From IMG/VR virus record IMGVR_UViG_3300045988_011822: 39,107 nucleotides of DNA; one strand, given 5' to 3'. Under the pieces are notes generated by a model. That model did no database searches. It was not told where the DNA came from and worked only from the letters and a program-made list of their open reading frames with translations. The DNA comes from a virus. Below, piece after piece: positions 18,647 to 26,518 of the stretch. Every line of letters starts with the position of its first letter. Position 1 is the stretch's first letter. The position numbers were made by a program, and so were the translations under genes.

Positions 18647-19230
18647 CCGTTTTCCCTCTCTTTCTGCAAAATATACTCATTCTGTGCTTTCTGCAATTCC
18701 GTGATGCCCTTTTTGAACTGTGCATCATCTCCATTCATGCAGATTTCAAACAATTCCTCGTATCTGTCAATATTCTCGGTGATGAACGCTGCCTCTGTCT
18801 TTGAGCGTCTCTGCGTGAGGAACATTCCTTTGATTGTCTCTCTCATGGTCTCGCAGTTCTGTCTCTCCTCCTCCGTTTCCGGAGGAGTTTCTTTCAGCAT
18901 CTTATCGACAACCCTGTCCACCGCATCCGCAATCTGTTCTTTCCATCCAGATGACGCTTTTTCATCAATGAGTTGTGACTGGATGTCCTCGAACGATGCT
19001 CCCGCTGCTGCTCCCGTGATTCTGATGTCCTTTTTCCCTTTTGCTGCAATCAGAATCAAATCATCGTCATACGCTGCCATGTAATAGTCGAATTTTGCAT
19101 TGAAATTCTCTTTCGGATTGATGATGACCTCCGGTTCACTGCTACCCTCTGTCTGAATCATTACACCGATATATTTCTGACCTGTTCCCTTTGCCTCGAT
19201 GAATAATGCTTTTAATTGTCCTTTTTTCAA
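18643..19230 (-). CDS. Hypothetical protein, coupled to the MazF-like gene by a 4-nt overlap
   Basis: 195-aa ORF with no motif recognised. Confidence 0.5.
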   Translation of the reverse strand: MKKGQLKALFIEAKGTGQKYIGVMIQTEGSSEPEVIINPKENFNAKFDYYMAAYDDDLILIAAKGKKDIRITGAAAGASFEDIQSQLIDEKASSGWKEQIADAVDRVVDKMLKETPPETEEERQNCETMRETIKGMFLTQRRSKTEAAFITENIDRYEELFEICMNGDDAQFKKGITELQKAQNEYILQKERENG

Positions 19231-19841
19231 TTTCCTGTTCCTCCCATAGTCAGCAGCCTCTCAAATAGCTGCTCATATAGTGCCTTGAATGTGTCACGCT
19301 CGGTCTGAACTTTGATGATGTCCTCTGACTGTCTGCTTGCATCAACTTTCCTGTTCTCCTCGACATACACTGCTGCATCCTGTTCAATTTCTGCGATTCT
19401 GTCATCACATTCCTGCTGTAACATCTCAATTTCCCTTTTTAGGCTGTCGATTTCCTCCTGCTGCCTCTGTATCGTCTCATTGTACTGCTTTGATGTCTTT
19501 CCTCCACCGCTCAACTGTAAGGAAATCATGAGAGCGATGTCGATGTTTTTCATTTCTTGCTCCGATACCTGCCCGATGTAATTATTCACACGGTCGGTCG
19601 ATACTGACGATACCTGTTCACACAATACTGTGGATAATCGTCCGGTACTGCGGACGGTCACATGTGTCGGGAGGTCTGTTTTCGGTTGCGTCGTCATATA
19701 CACAACCTCAATCACTCCGGAGTGCTTGTTGTTCTCGTCATTGCTGACTACAACTGCGGGTCTGTCCGCAAATTGTTCACTCCCGTTTGTCGCCCCCCCT
19801 CGTGCGATATAGAATATCTCTCCTCGTCTGATGTCATCCAT
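19227..19841 (-). CDS. MazF/EndoA (PemK)-family toxin domain fused to a ~90-aa C-terminal coiled coil
   Basis: RGEIFYIARGGATNGSEQFADRPAVVVSNDENNKHSGVIEVVYMTTQPKTDLPTHVTV...VLCEQVSSVSTDRV...SEQEMKNIDIALMISLQL aligns by eye with B. subtilis EndoA (RGDVYFADL..VGSEQGGVRPVLVIQND...LPTHVEI...LLEQIRTIDKQRL). Confidence 0.8.
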   Translation of the reverse strand: MDDIRRGEIFYIARGGATNGSEQFADRPAVVVSNDENNKHSGVIEVVYMTTQPKTDLPTHVTVRSTGRLSTVLCEQVSSVSTDRVNNYIGQVSEQEMKNIDIALMISLQLSGGGKTSKQYNETIQRQQEEIDSLKREIEMLQQECDDRIAEIEQDAAVYVEENRKVDASRQSEDIIKVQTERDTFKALYEQLFERLLTMGGTGN

Positions 19842-19868
19842 TGCCTTTTCCTCCTTATTTCACCGCCA

Positions 19869-21227
19869 TCATTCAGCATCCTCTTTCATGAGTGATGTTG
19901 CCATGATGCAATATCCGTCCTCAAGACCTGCAAACTCCTCAAGGATATATGTCACAAGCACTCTCACGGTGCGTCCTGTGTTCTTTCCGTCCTTGAACTC
20001 CATCATCTCAAGGATGTCGCCTTTTTTATAGTCTCTGTCATTCTTCCGGAGTTCAAATGTCTTTTCTCCGGATGCAACCTCCTCAAAAAATGTCGCTCCC
20101 AGTTTAATGTGATGCACTTTCTGACCGTTCTCCTGTGTGTCTGACGGGAGGTTGTTCATCTTCTCCTCCTCTGCCTGTTCACGGAGTTTCTTTTTTGTCT
20201 CACGGTCGATTGCATCCTGCTCCTCGTTATATCTCTGCTCCTCGGTCTTGTAAGCCTCTGCACGGTTCTTGTACTGGTCGCATGAGGTACATGTTCCGGT
20301 CTTTACGTTGCAAGTCTCGTATTCGGTGCAGGAATAGCAGATTGATGTGATTCCCTCCGGATGCGGTGTCTCATAATCGTCGCCCGCTTTCTTTTCCTCC
20401 GGAGGATTCATGCTGTTTTCTGATGACTGCTGCCCTGCTGTGTCTGAATCTGACACGGTGTCCTGCTGCCCTGCTGCATCCTGCTCCTGTTTCTGCGGTG
20501 ATTTCATGTCCTTAATTTCCGTATAGGACAATTCTCCGTTTTCCTTGTACTTTGCAAGTGCCTCCTGCTGCATCTCCGGAGACATCCCACTCAACTCATA
20601 CGCTGCGGAGAATGTGAGACGCTCGTTGTTGAGTTCCTCTCGAAACTCCGGAATCAAATTGTTGTTGACGCTCTCAATCTGTGCGATCTTGGTCTTTGAC
20701 ATCTTGAGCATTGAGGCGATGACATCACGGAGGCGACCGGACTGGAGGTCATATCCTTTGATTTTCTTTCCATCCGTTTTCATACGCTCAAGACACGCTT
20801 TGAGACGCTGTTCCTCCTCGATGACATCCTTGAGAGACTTTGTCCGGTATGCGTTTGCGATGATGATTTCCACCTGCTCCTCGTCCTCGTCCTGCGGTGT
20901 GGTCAGTTTGCAGGTCGCAATCTCAAAATCTTTATATCCCTGCTCGACAAGGTGCTTGAGTGCAAGCCACCGTCTCTCACCTGCGACGATTCTATATTCA
21001 CCCTGCTCATTCGGCTCAAATACAACCTCAAGATTCTGTTTGAGACCATACATGAGGATGTCTCCTGCCAGTTCCTCAATATCTGCCAAATCGTAGAAAT
21101 TGAGTTTGTTCCGGTACATCTTGAAAATTGAAATGTCCTTTGTCCGGAATCTCGCCCTCGGTGATTCGTCAACTCCTGCCTTACTGTTCTTGTTCAGTGC
21201 GTCCATGACGCTGAATCCTGTTGCCAT
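19869..21227 (-). CDS. ParB-like nuclease-domain protein fused to a C-terminal ASCH/DUF3850-like domain
   Basis: N-terminus ...IEELAGDILMYGLKQNLEVVFEPNEQGEYRIVAGERRWLAL (ParB/Srx fold). C-terminus HHIKLGATFFEEVASGEKTFELRKNDRDYKKGDIL (DUF3850-like). A Cys-rich segment lies in the middle. Confidence 0.7.
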   Translation of the reverse strand: MATGFSVMDALNKNSKAGVDESPRARFRTKDISIFKMYRNKLNFYDLADIEELAGDILMYGLKQNLEVVFEPNEQGEYRIVAGERRWLALKHLVEQGYKDFEIATCKLTTPQDEDEEQVEIIIANAYRTKSLKDVIEEEQRLKACLERMKTDGKKIKGYDLQSGRLRDVIASMLKMSKTKIAQIESVNNNLIPEFREELNNERLTFSAAYELSGMSPEMQQEALAKYKENGELSYTEIKDMKSPQKQEQDAAGQQDTVSDSDTAGQQSSENSMNPPEEKKAGDDYETPHPEGITSICYSCTEYETCNVKTGTCTSCDQYKNRAEAYKTEEQRYNEEQDAIDRETKKKLREQAEEEKMNNLPSDTQENGQKVHHIKLGATFFEEVASGEKTFELRKNDRDYKKGDILEMMEFKDGKNTGRTVRVLVTYILEEFAGLEDGYCIMATSLMKEDAE

Positions 21228-21492
21228 GTTCTTTCCTCCTGTTTTCTCCCGTCAGTGCGGTCACGATTTCTTTGTATTCCATTTCACACTCGAAAATCTG
21301 TGCGTCGAGTGCGTCCAATCTCTTGTATAACTGGTTTTCAATGCTTTTCGGTACTTTCTCGCCATTCCGCAGTAATATACCGATTATCTGATATTTACTC
21401 TTGCAGGTCAGTTCCGTCAAAATCTGAATCTGTTGCTTTTGATTCTCTGCTCTCCGGAATGACCCGCATATCTCTCTTTCGGTCACACGCAT
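21181..21492 (-). CDS. Hypothetical protein
   Basis: 103-aa ORF. Its 3' end overlaps the next gene by 47 nt. Confidence 0.45.
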   Translation of the reverse strand: MRVTEREICGSFRRAENQKQQIQILTELTCKSKYQIIGILLRNGEKVPKSIENQLYKRLDALDAQIFECEMEYKEIVTALTGENRRKEHGNRIQRHGRTEQEQ

Positions 21493-21500
21493 CCGCTCCC

Positions 21501-21902
21501 CTATTCTGTTAGTTTCTGCTTTTTGGTCTCTGTACGCTCGACGTTTATCTCGCCTTTGCTATTCTGTGATATAGATGCTTTGACCCCACCTCGGAGGTTC
21601 AGAGTGACCTTTGCCAGTCCTCCGGTGTATATCTCCTCAACTGCTGCCTTGAGAATGTTCACGATGCCCTCACTGCATCTCTTTTCCGGTGCTGCTGCCT
21701 CTCCGAACAATGCAGCGACGTTCTGCATCGCCTTTTCTTTCCTCTGTTTCTCTTTCTGATACTCAACCGCCTGTTCGCAGGTGCAGGACATTGTCGCCTG
21801 TTCCTCTGCCTGTGGCTGTGTCAATTTCTCCTCGCTGTCAATCTGCACCATCTGTCCGCAGAATCGACACGGTGCTGTGTTGATGATGTTTCCCATGTTC
21901 AA
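21501..21902 (-). CDS. Hypothetical protein
   Basis: 133-aa ORF in the operon. N-terminal CRFCGQ...CTCEQ. Confidence 0.5.
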   Translation of the reverse strand: MNMGNIINTAPCRFCGQMVQIDSEEKLTQPQAEEQATMSCTCEQAVEYQKEKQRKEKAMQNVAALFGEAAAPEKRCSEGIVNILKAAVEEIYTGGLAKVTLNLRGGVKASISQNSKGEINVERTETKKQKLTE

Positions 21903-21921
21903 TCCTCTCTTTCTGTCGCTC

Positions 21922-22896
21922 TCATGCGACCTCCTGCAAAATTATCTTTCTGAATATGCTCTCAAATATCGGAACTGCAATGCTGTTCCCTGCTTGGTCA
22001 TATAAAGCCTTGTAGTATTTCCCGTTTCTTTCTTGAACTGCTTTCGCCCTGTCAAAATCCTCGTCTGAATATCCCATCAATCTCCAACACTCACGCTCTG
22101 TCAAATACCGATAACGTCCATCTCCTCGGTCGATGACCTGTGCAGGTGTCCGGTCTTGCCTTGTTGTGATTGTATATGCACAATCTTTGATGACCGTCGC
22201 TCTCCGGATTCCTTTTTCTCCGATACATGCAAGGACGGACGGTTGTGTCACATCGTAGATGTCCGGAACGTCATCCTCAAGGAACTCTTGCAGGTTTCGC
22301 ATCGGTGTCCTTATGAGGTCATCGAACTCAAATTTTTCACCATTCAGAACAGAAACCGTGAACACTCTTTCTCTCGCCTGTGGCAATCCGAACTCTCTTG
22401 CATCTAAAACCGCATAATTATTCGTGTACCCCAGTTTTTCCATCTCGTCCATGTATCTGTCGAAATTCGGTCTCATGTACTTTGATTTCACATTCTTCAC
22501 GTTTTCCCATATCACATAACGAGGTCGCCATTCTCCCATATTCTCAATGATATGTATTGTCTCCCACATGAGAGAGGAACGTGTTCCGCTCCCCTCGTCT
22601 GAACCTTTCCCTCTGTTGATTCTTCCGTCTCCTGTCGCTTTCCCTTGATGTCCTGCGATGCTCATGTCTTGACAAGGCGAACCATGAATCAAAATATCCG
22701 GTTTCAGATTCCATCCGACGACCGTCTGTGTTTTATATTCTAATTCCTCACGGAACATCGAATTGTATGACCGGACTGCTTTTTCATTGATCTCCACATA
22801 GTCGATTGCTTTTGTTGGGATGTTCAAATTTCTCAAGGCACATCGAGGCGAACCAATTCCCCCGAATAATTCAAGAATCTGTATTGTATCGTTCAT
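21922..22896 (-). CDS. dcm: DNA (cytosine-5)-methyltransferase
   Basis: ELFGGIGS (motif I), GSPCQDMSIAG (motif IV), WENVKNV (motif VI), QARERVF (motif VIII) and GNSIAV (motif X). Confidence 0.9.
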   Translation of the reverse strand: MNDTIQILELFGGIGSPRCALRNLNIPTKAIDYVEINEKAVRSYNSMFREELEYKTQTVVGWNLKPDILIHGSPCQDMSIAGHQGKATGDGRINRGKGSDEGSGTRSSLMWETIHIIENMGEWRPRYVIWENVKNVKSKYMRPNFDRYMDEMEKLGYTNNYAVLDAREFGLPQARERVFTVSVLNGEKFEFDDLIRTPMRNLQEFLEDDVPDIYDVTQPSVLACIGEKGIRRATVIKDCAYTITTRQDRTPAQVIDRGDGRYRYLTERECWRLMGYSDEDFDRAKAVQERNGKYYKALYDQAGNSIAVPIFESIFRKIILQEVA

Positions 22897-23032
22897 GTCC
22901 TGCTGCCTCCTGTTCCTTTATCATTAAATCCGGACATTCACGACAGTCTTGACCGTTTTCCTCGCACTGTTCCTGTTCGTGTTCCGTCACATCCTCCATG
23001 TCTTTTCCGTACCATCTGCAAAAACCGCTCAT
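22871..23032 (-). CDS. Possible small acidic Cys-containing protein (53 aa, below the track cutoff)
   Basis: My translation is MSGFCRWYGKDMEDVTEHEQEQCEENGQDCRECPDLMIKEQEAAGHERYNTDS. RBS GAGAGGAG. It overlaps the methyltransferase start. Confidence 0.35.
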   Translation of the reverse strand: MSGFCRWYGKDMEDVTEHEQEQCEENGQDCRECPDLMIKEQEAAGHERYNTDS

Positions 23033-23047
23033 GTTCAAATCTCCTCT

Positions 23048-23836
23048 CTAATCAAAATCAACGAATTGTTCCGCTTTGAATCGGTCTCCCATATCCATGA
23101 AATAACCGTATAAAAACTCTTTCTGTTGCTTTGTCAGATTTTTCATGTTTGTCACTATATATCCGGTATATCCGGATGGATTGTGAATCAAGCAATATCC
23201 CTTTACCTCTGATAGAAAATCTCTCATGAGATGGTTAATTTCATTGCCTCTATTTTCTTTCACCCAGTTCCAATATTCCTCCGTGAACCCTTTTTCCTCA
23301 CAGATTTGTTCTGCTGATTCCTCATGAGTTCCGAACGGTGATTCAGTGAAAACTCCTGTCGGAGACAACCACCCGAACTCTTTTTCCTCCTTGTCCTGCT
23401 GCCCTGCTGCGTCCTGCTCCTGCTGCATCTGTGGCATTATTCCATTGTTGAAATTTTCAAGATGCTTTGAAAACTTTTCCATGTTCATCTCACGCTCAAT
23501 GATTTCCTCGTATTTCAGAGGTTTTCCCTCTTTCCCGTCCTTGAGCATGACCATCCGGCACGTTCCCCATTCCATCTCACTGAATCCCAAATCGTAGCAC
23601 TCCATCACATAAAACAATCCCGTTTTCAAATCCGGATTCATGCGAATCTCGACCATGTCAATGAAATTTTTATTGTCCAGTGCATCCCATACAATGTGAA
23701 AGTAATATGCAAAACCTTTTTCAAACGATTTGCACTTTCCCGAACCGTCAAGTGTTATGCAGGTGTCGCATCCTCCATTAGTGTGATGTTTGCATGAGCT
23801 GTTGTTGCATGTGATTTTTCTCTTTCCCACGCTCAC
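23048..23836 (-). CDS. Hypothetical protein translationally coupled to parA (candidate partition adaptor or centromere-binding partner)
   Basis: 262 aa. N-terminal Cys cluster CNNSSCKHHTNGGCDTCITLDGSGKC. A 4-nt overlap with the parA stop. Confidence 0.55.
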   Translation of the reverse strand: MSVGKRKITCNNSSCKHHTNGGCDTCITLDGSGKCKSFEKGFAYYFHIVWDALDNKNFIDMVEIRMNPDLKTGLFYVMECYDLGFSEMEWGTCRMVMLKDGKEGKPLKYEEIIEREMNMEKFSKHLENFNNGIMPQMQQEQDAAGQQDKEEKEFGWLSPTGVFTESPFGTHEESAEQICEEKGFTEEYWNWVKENRGNEINHLMRDFLSEVKGYCLIHNPSGYTGYIVTNMKNLTKQQKEFLYGYFMDMGDRFKAEQFVDFD

Positions 23837-24612
23837 CCCTCCATTTCCTTGAGTAACTCATGAACCACATTGCGATAGTCCTGTGACACGATGCAGTTCT
23901 TTGAAAACTGTGGGAGGACTGCCATTCTCATGGATGCCTTTTCCGCTACAATCGACCGACGAATCGGTGTGACGAACATGTCAAATCCGGAACTGGTTTT
24001 CATCCACTCCTCGAAATCCAGTGATGTCTTGTTTTTCTGTCTCATGGTCACAAGACCTTTGATTCGGAGTTCCGGATTGATTTCCCGCAGGTCGTCAACC
24101 TGCTCCTGCAAATTGTGAATCGCCTCGTTTTCATATCCTCCGACCTTTACTGGTGCAATGACGAGTTCTGCTGCCAGTAGAATGTTGATGACCACCATAT
24201 CAAGCAGACGACCGCAATCACAAATGCAATAGTCGTATGCCTCGGATATTTCCTCCAGTGCATCCCGCAGCCTCGTGACTTGATTTGCCTCCTGCTTGAG
24301 CAGCAGTTTCATGTCTGTCTGCATGAGATACCCGTTTGCAGGAATGATGTCAATGTGACTGTACTGTGTGGGTCTTATCAAGTCCGTTGTCCGGTATGAC
24401 CCGCCCACACTCACATGACGCTCAAGCAGTTCACTCATTCCTGTTCCCTCCGGCTCGTATGCCTCGAATGTTTTGGATGTATCGCCCTGCGGGTCTCCGT
24501 CGAGAATGAGAACACGTTTCTCCTGCTCCTCTCCCAACATGTAGGCGATTGCATCCGATGTCGTTGTCTTTCCGATTCCACCTTTTGGTGACATAACTGC
24601 AATAATTCTCAT
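23833..24612 (-). CDS. parA: ParA/Soj-family partition ATPase
   Basis: Deviant Walker A motif MSPKGGIGKTTT, then LILDGDPQGD. Confidence 0.85.
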   Translation of the reverse strand: MRIIAVMSPKGGIGKTTTSDAIAYMLGEEQEKRVLILDGDPQGDTSKTFEAYEPEGTGMSELLERHVSVGGSYRTTDLIRPTQYSHIDIIPANGYLMQTDMKLLLKQEANQVTRLRDALEEISEAYDYCICDCGRLLDMVVINILLAAELVIAPVKVGGYENEAIHNLQEQVDDLREINPELRIKGLVTMRQKNKTSLDFEEWMKTSSGFDMFVTPIRRSIVAEKASMRMAVLPQFSKNCIVSQDYRNVVHELLKEMEG

Positions 24613-24645
24613 TTTTTGTTCCTCCTGTTATCCTCTTGTTACCTG

Positions 24646-24786
24646 TTACATGAAACCTCTGTCGTCCGGCTGTCTCCATCCGCAGCGGTGCAGGTGCATC
24701 CCCTCGCCCACCTTGTAGAGTGTATATGTGAACCCTGCTCCCAGTGCTATGACGACGACTGCTGCCACAATGATGATTTTCCTCAT
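24646..24786 (-). CDS. Small membrane peptide (46 aa, below the track cutoff)
   Basis: My translation is MRKIIIVAAVVVIALGAGFTYTLYKVGEGMHLHRCGWRQPDDRGFM. RBS GGGGAGGTGAGG. Confidence 0.5.
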   Translation of the reverse strand: MRKIIIVAAVVVIALGAGFTYTLYKVGEGMHLHRCGWRQPDDRGFM

Positions 24787-24801
24787 GTCCTCACCTCCCC
24801 G

Positions 24802-25086
24802 CTATATCGTGATTGTGTGGTATATACACAACTGCAAATCTCTGAAAGAATAGTCCGGTGTTTCCTCCGGTTTCATCGGTGCAATGAGACCCCGTTCCTT
24901 GTATTTCCTGTGAGTGATCTCCGGAATTGCTCGGAATCTCTTGACCTCTGCATCTCCTATCTGTGCGACGATGTCCTTGTCAACCTCCATGTTTGCAAAA
25001 TACTGGTTGTATATCTCCTCACCGTCCTTGATGACCCGAACCCTGTCCGGACTTTCAAGCAACGTCATAATATCCTTGACCGTCAT
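24802..25086 (-). CDS. Hypothetical protein (94 aa)
   Basis: Start at MTVKDIMTLLE, preceded by GGAGGTG. The longer track ORF overlaps the VRR-NUC gene. Confidence 0.5.
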   Translation of the reverse strand: MTVKDIMTLLESPDRVRVIKDGEEIYNQYFANMEVDKDIVAQIGDAEVKRFRAIPEITHRKYKERGLIAPMKPEETPDYSFRDLQLCIYHTITI

Positions 25087-25100
25087 CCTGCTGCACCTCC

Positions 25101-25616
25101 TCATTTCTTTCTCGGTTTGCTCTCTTTGATTTCCCCATTCTTGAGGATGCTGTTGTTCGGTATATCCATGACCATCTTTTCGATTGCGTCCTGCTTTCCA
25201 CTCGCTCGCCCCATCACAATCATGACATCGTTCATCCTCCAACTATTGAGAGATAAATATTTCTTGATGACCTCGATTGCCTCCTCTGCGGAGTAGCAGG
25301 TCGCCACGAAATGACCTGCCTCTGCCATGTCTTTGAGGAACTCTTTCTGTGATACCTGCTGCCTGTTGTCTCCGAACTTCATCTCGATGTATAGTCCGCA
25401 ATAAATTCCTTTCGGATATGGCAAGCAAAGGTCGCTCACTCCCGCCTTGACACCCATCTGTTTGAGTTTCACCGCCTCCTGCTTGTTCCTGCTGCCTCCG
25501 TTCGGTACATGGTGCAGCCATTTCAATTCCGGATAGCGGTTCATGTTCCAGTTCGCCCATGACACGACATTGATTTGCTCCGTGTCCTCACTTCTCATTG
25601 CATATCTCATGTTCAT
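25101..25616 (-). CDS. VRR-NUC domain nuclease
   Basis: ...KQMGVKAGVSDLCLPYPKGIYCGLYIEMKFGDNRQQVSQKEFLKDMAEAGHFVATCYSAEEA matches the remembered VRR-NUC pattern (G.. G.PDL...E.K...ls..Q). Confidence 0.7.
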   Translation of the reverse strand: MNMRYAMRSEDTEQINVVSWANWNMNRYPELKWLHHVPNGGSRNKQEAVKLKQMGVKAGVSDLCLPYPKGIYCGLYIEMKFGDNRQQVSQKEFLKDMAEAGHFVATCYSAEEAIEVIKKYLSLNSWRMNDVMIVMGRASGKQDAIEKMVMDIPNNSILKNGEIKESKPRKK

Positions 25617-25713
25617 TCTCTTTCACCTCTTTCCTGCTGCCTATCTCCTGCTTGCACATGTCATAATATTCGCAGAACAGACACACATGTCTGCAATCCT
25701 TGACCCTCAACAT
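25588..25713 (-). CDS. Possible 41-aa Cys-rich peptide (below the track cutoff)
   Basis: My translation is MLRVKDCRHVCLFCEYYDMCKQEIGSRKEVKENEHEICNEK. It overlaps the next gene start by 29 nt. Confidence 0.25.
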   Translation of the reverse strand: MLRVKDCRHVCLFCEYYDMCKQEIGSRKEVKENEHEICNEK

Positions 25714-25726
25714 GTGCAGAATCCTC

Positions 25727-26518
25727 TCAATCACCTGCATCTTGCTCCAGTTCCTCCTCGATTTCTTTCATCCGGCTCATGATGGTCTGATTGTACTCAT
25801 ACACATAGATTCCGTTTTTCCATAGATGTTGTTTTGCTCCCTGCTCCCCGTAGTTATACGCTGCAAGTGCATCTTGAATCGTTCCGTATCTCTCAATCAG
25901 TTCCGACAGGTAATCAGTCCCGACGAGTACGTTCTGATATGGGTTCGTGAGGTCTGTGACGTTCAGACGCTCCATCCTGTCTCTGTGGCACTCCTCATAT
26001 ATCTGCATGTACCCGATAGAATGACCATCATCACCAACCTTGTCGAATTTATATCCGGATTCTTTCTCAATCAAAGCGACCACAAGGTCATATCTGACCC
26101 CGTACTGCTTGCAGACGCAATATGTATATACCTGCATCTTTTCCGGAAAATAGCCACCTGTCCGACTGTATTCCTCCGGTATCTCATAGAGCACGAATCC
26201 ATCCTCCTCGCCTCCCCAGTCTGCCGACATGGTGTCAAATACTGCATACTTGTCCGGTTCTGTGTCCTGCTCCTGCTGCCATGTTCGCACCTGCTCAAGC
26301 ATTGCATTTTGTCCGGATGTCTCTCTTTTCTCGTCGATTCTCTGCATCCGTGCATTGAACTCCTGCGACTGCTGCTCATACTCCTCAAATTCCTTGTCAT
26401 CTCGCATGACAGAGCGTGTCAGACCTATGCTCACAGCGATCGCCAGTAATACCATCACCGCAATATATGTCAGTTCCCGTCTCCTCCTGCTCATTCTTCT
26501 CTTTCTTTTTGCTTTCAT
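25727..26518 (-). CDS. Membrane-anchored lytic transglycosylase (SLT domain)
   Basis: N-terminal basic stretch plus TM segment (LTYIAVMVLLAIAVSIGL). The SLT catalytic region is LIEKESGYKFDKVGDDGHSIGYMQI...AAYNYG. Confidence 0.7.
   Translation of the reverse strand: MKAKRKRRMSRRRRELTYIAVMVLLAIAVSIGLTRSVMRDDKEFEEYEQQSQEFNARMQRIDEKRETSGQNAMLEQVRTWQQEQDTEPDKYAVFDTMSADWGGEEDGFVLYEIPEEYSRTGGYFPEKMQVYTYCVCKQYGVRYDLVVALIEKESGYKFDKVGDDGHSIGYMQIYEECHRDRMERLNVTDLTNPYQNVLVGTDYLSELIERYGTIQDALAAYNYGEQGAKQHLWKNGIYVYEYNQTIMSRMKEIEEELEQDAGD

Noticed and set aside
24616-25296. 226-aa plus-strand ORF spanning several minus-strand genes
   Set aside because: It is antisense to three better-supported genes with RBSs, and it shows no recognisable motif.
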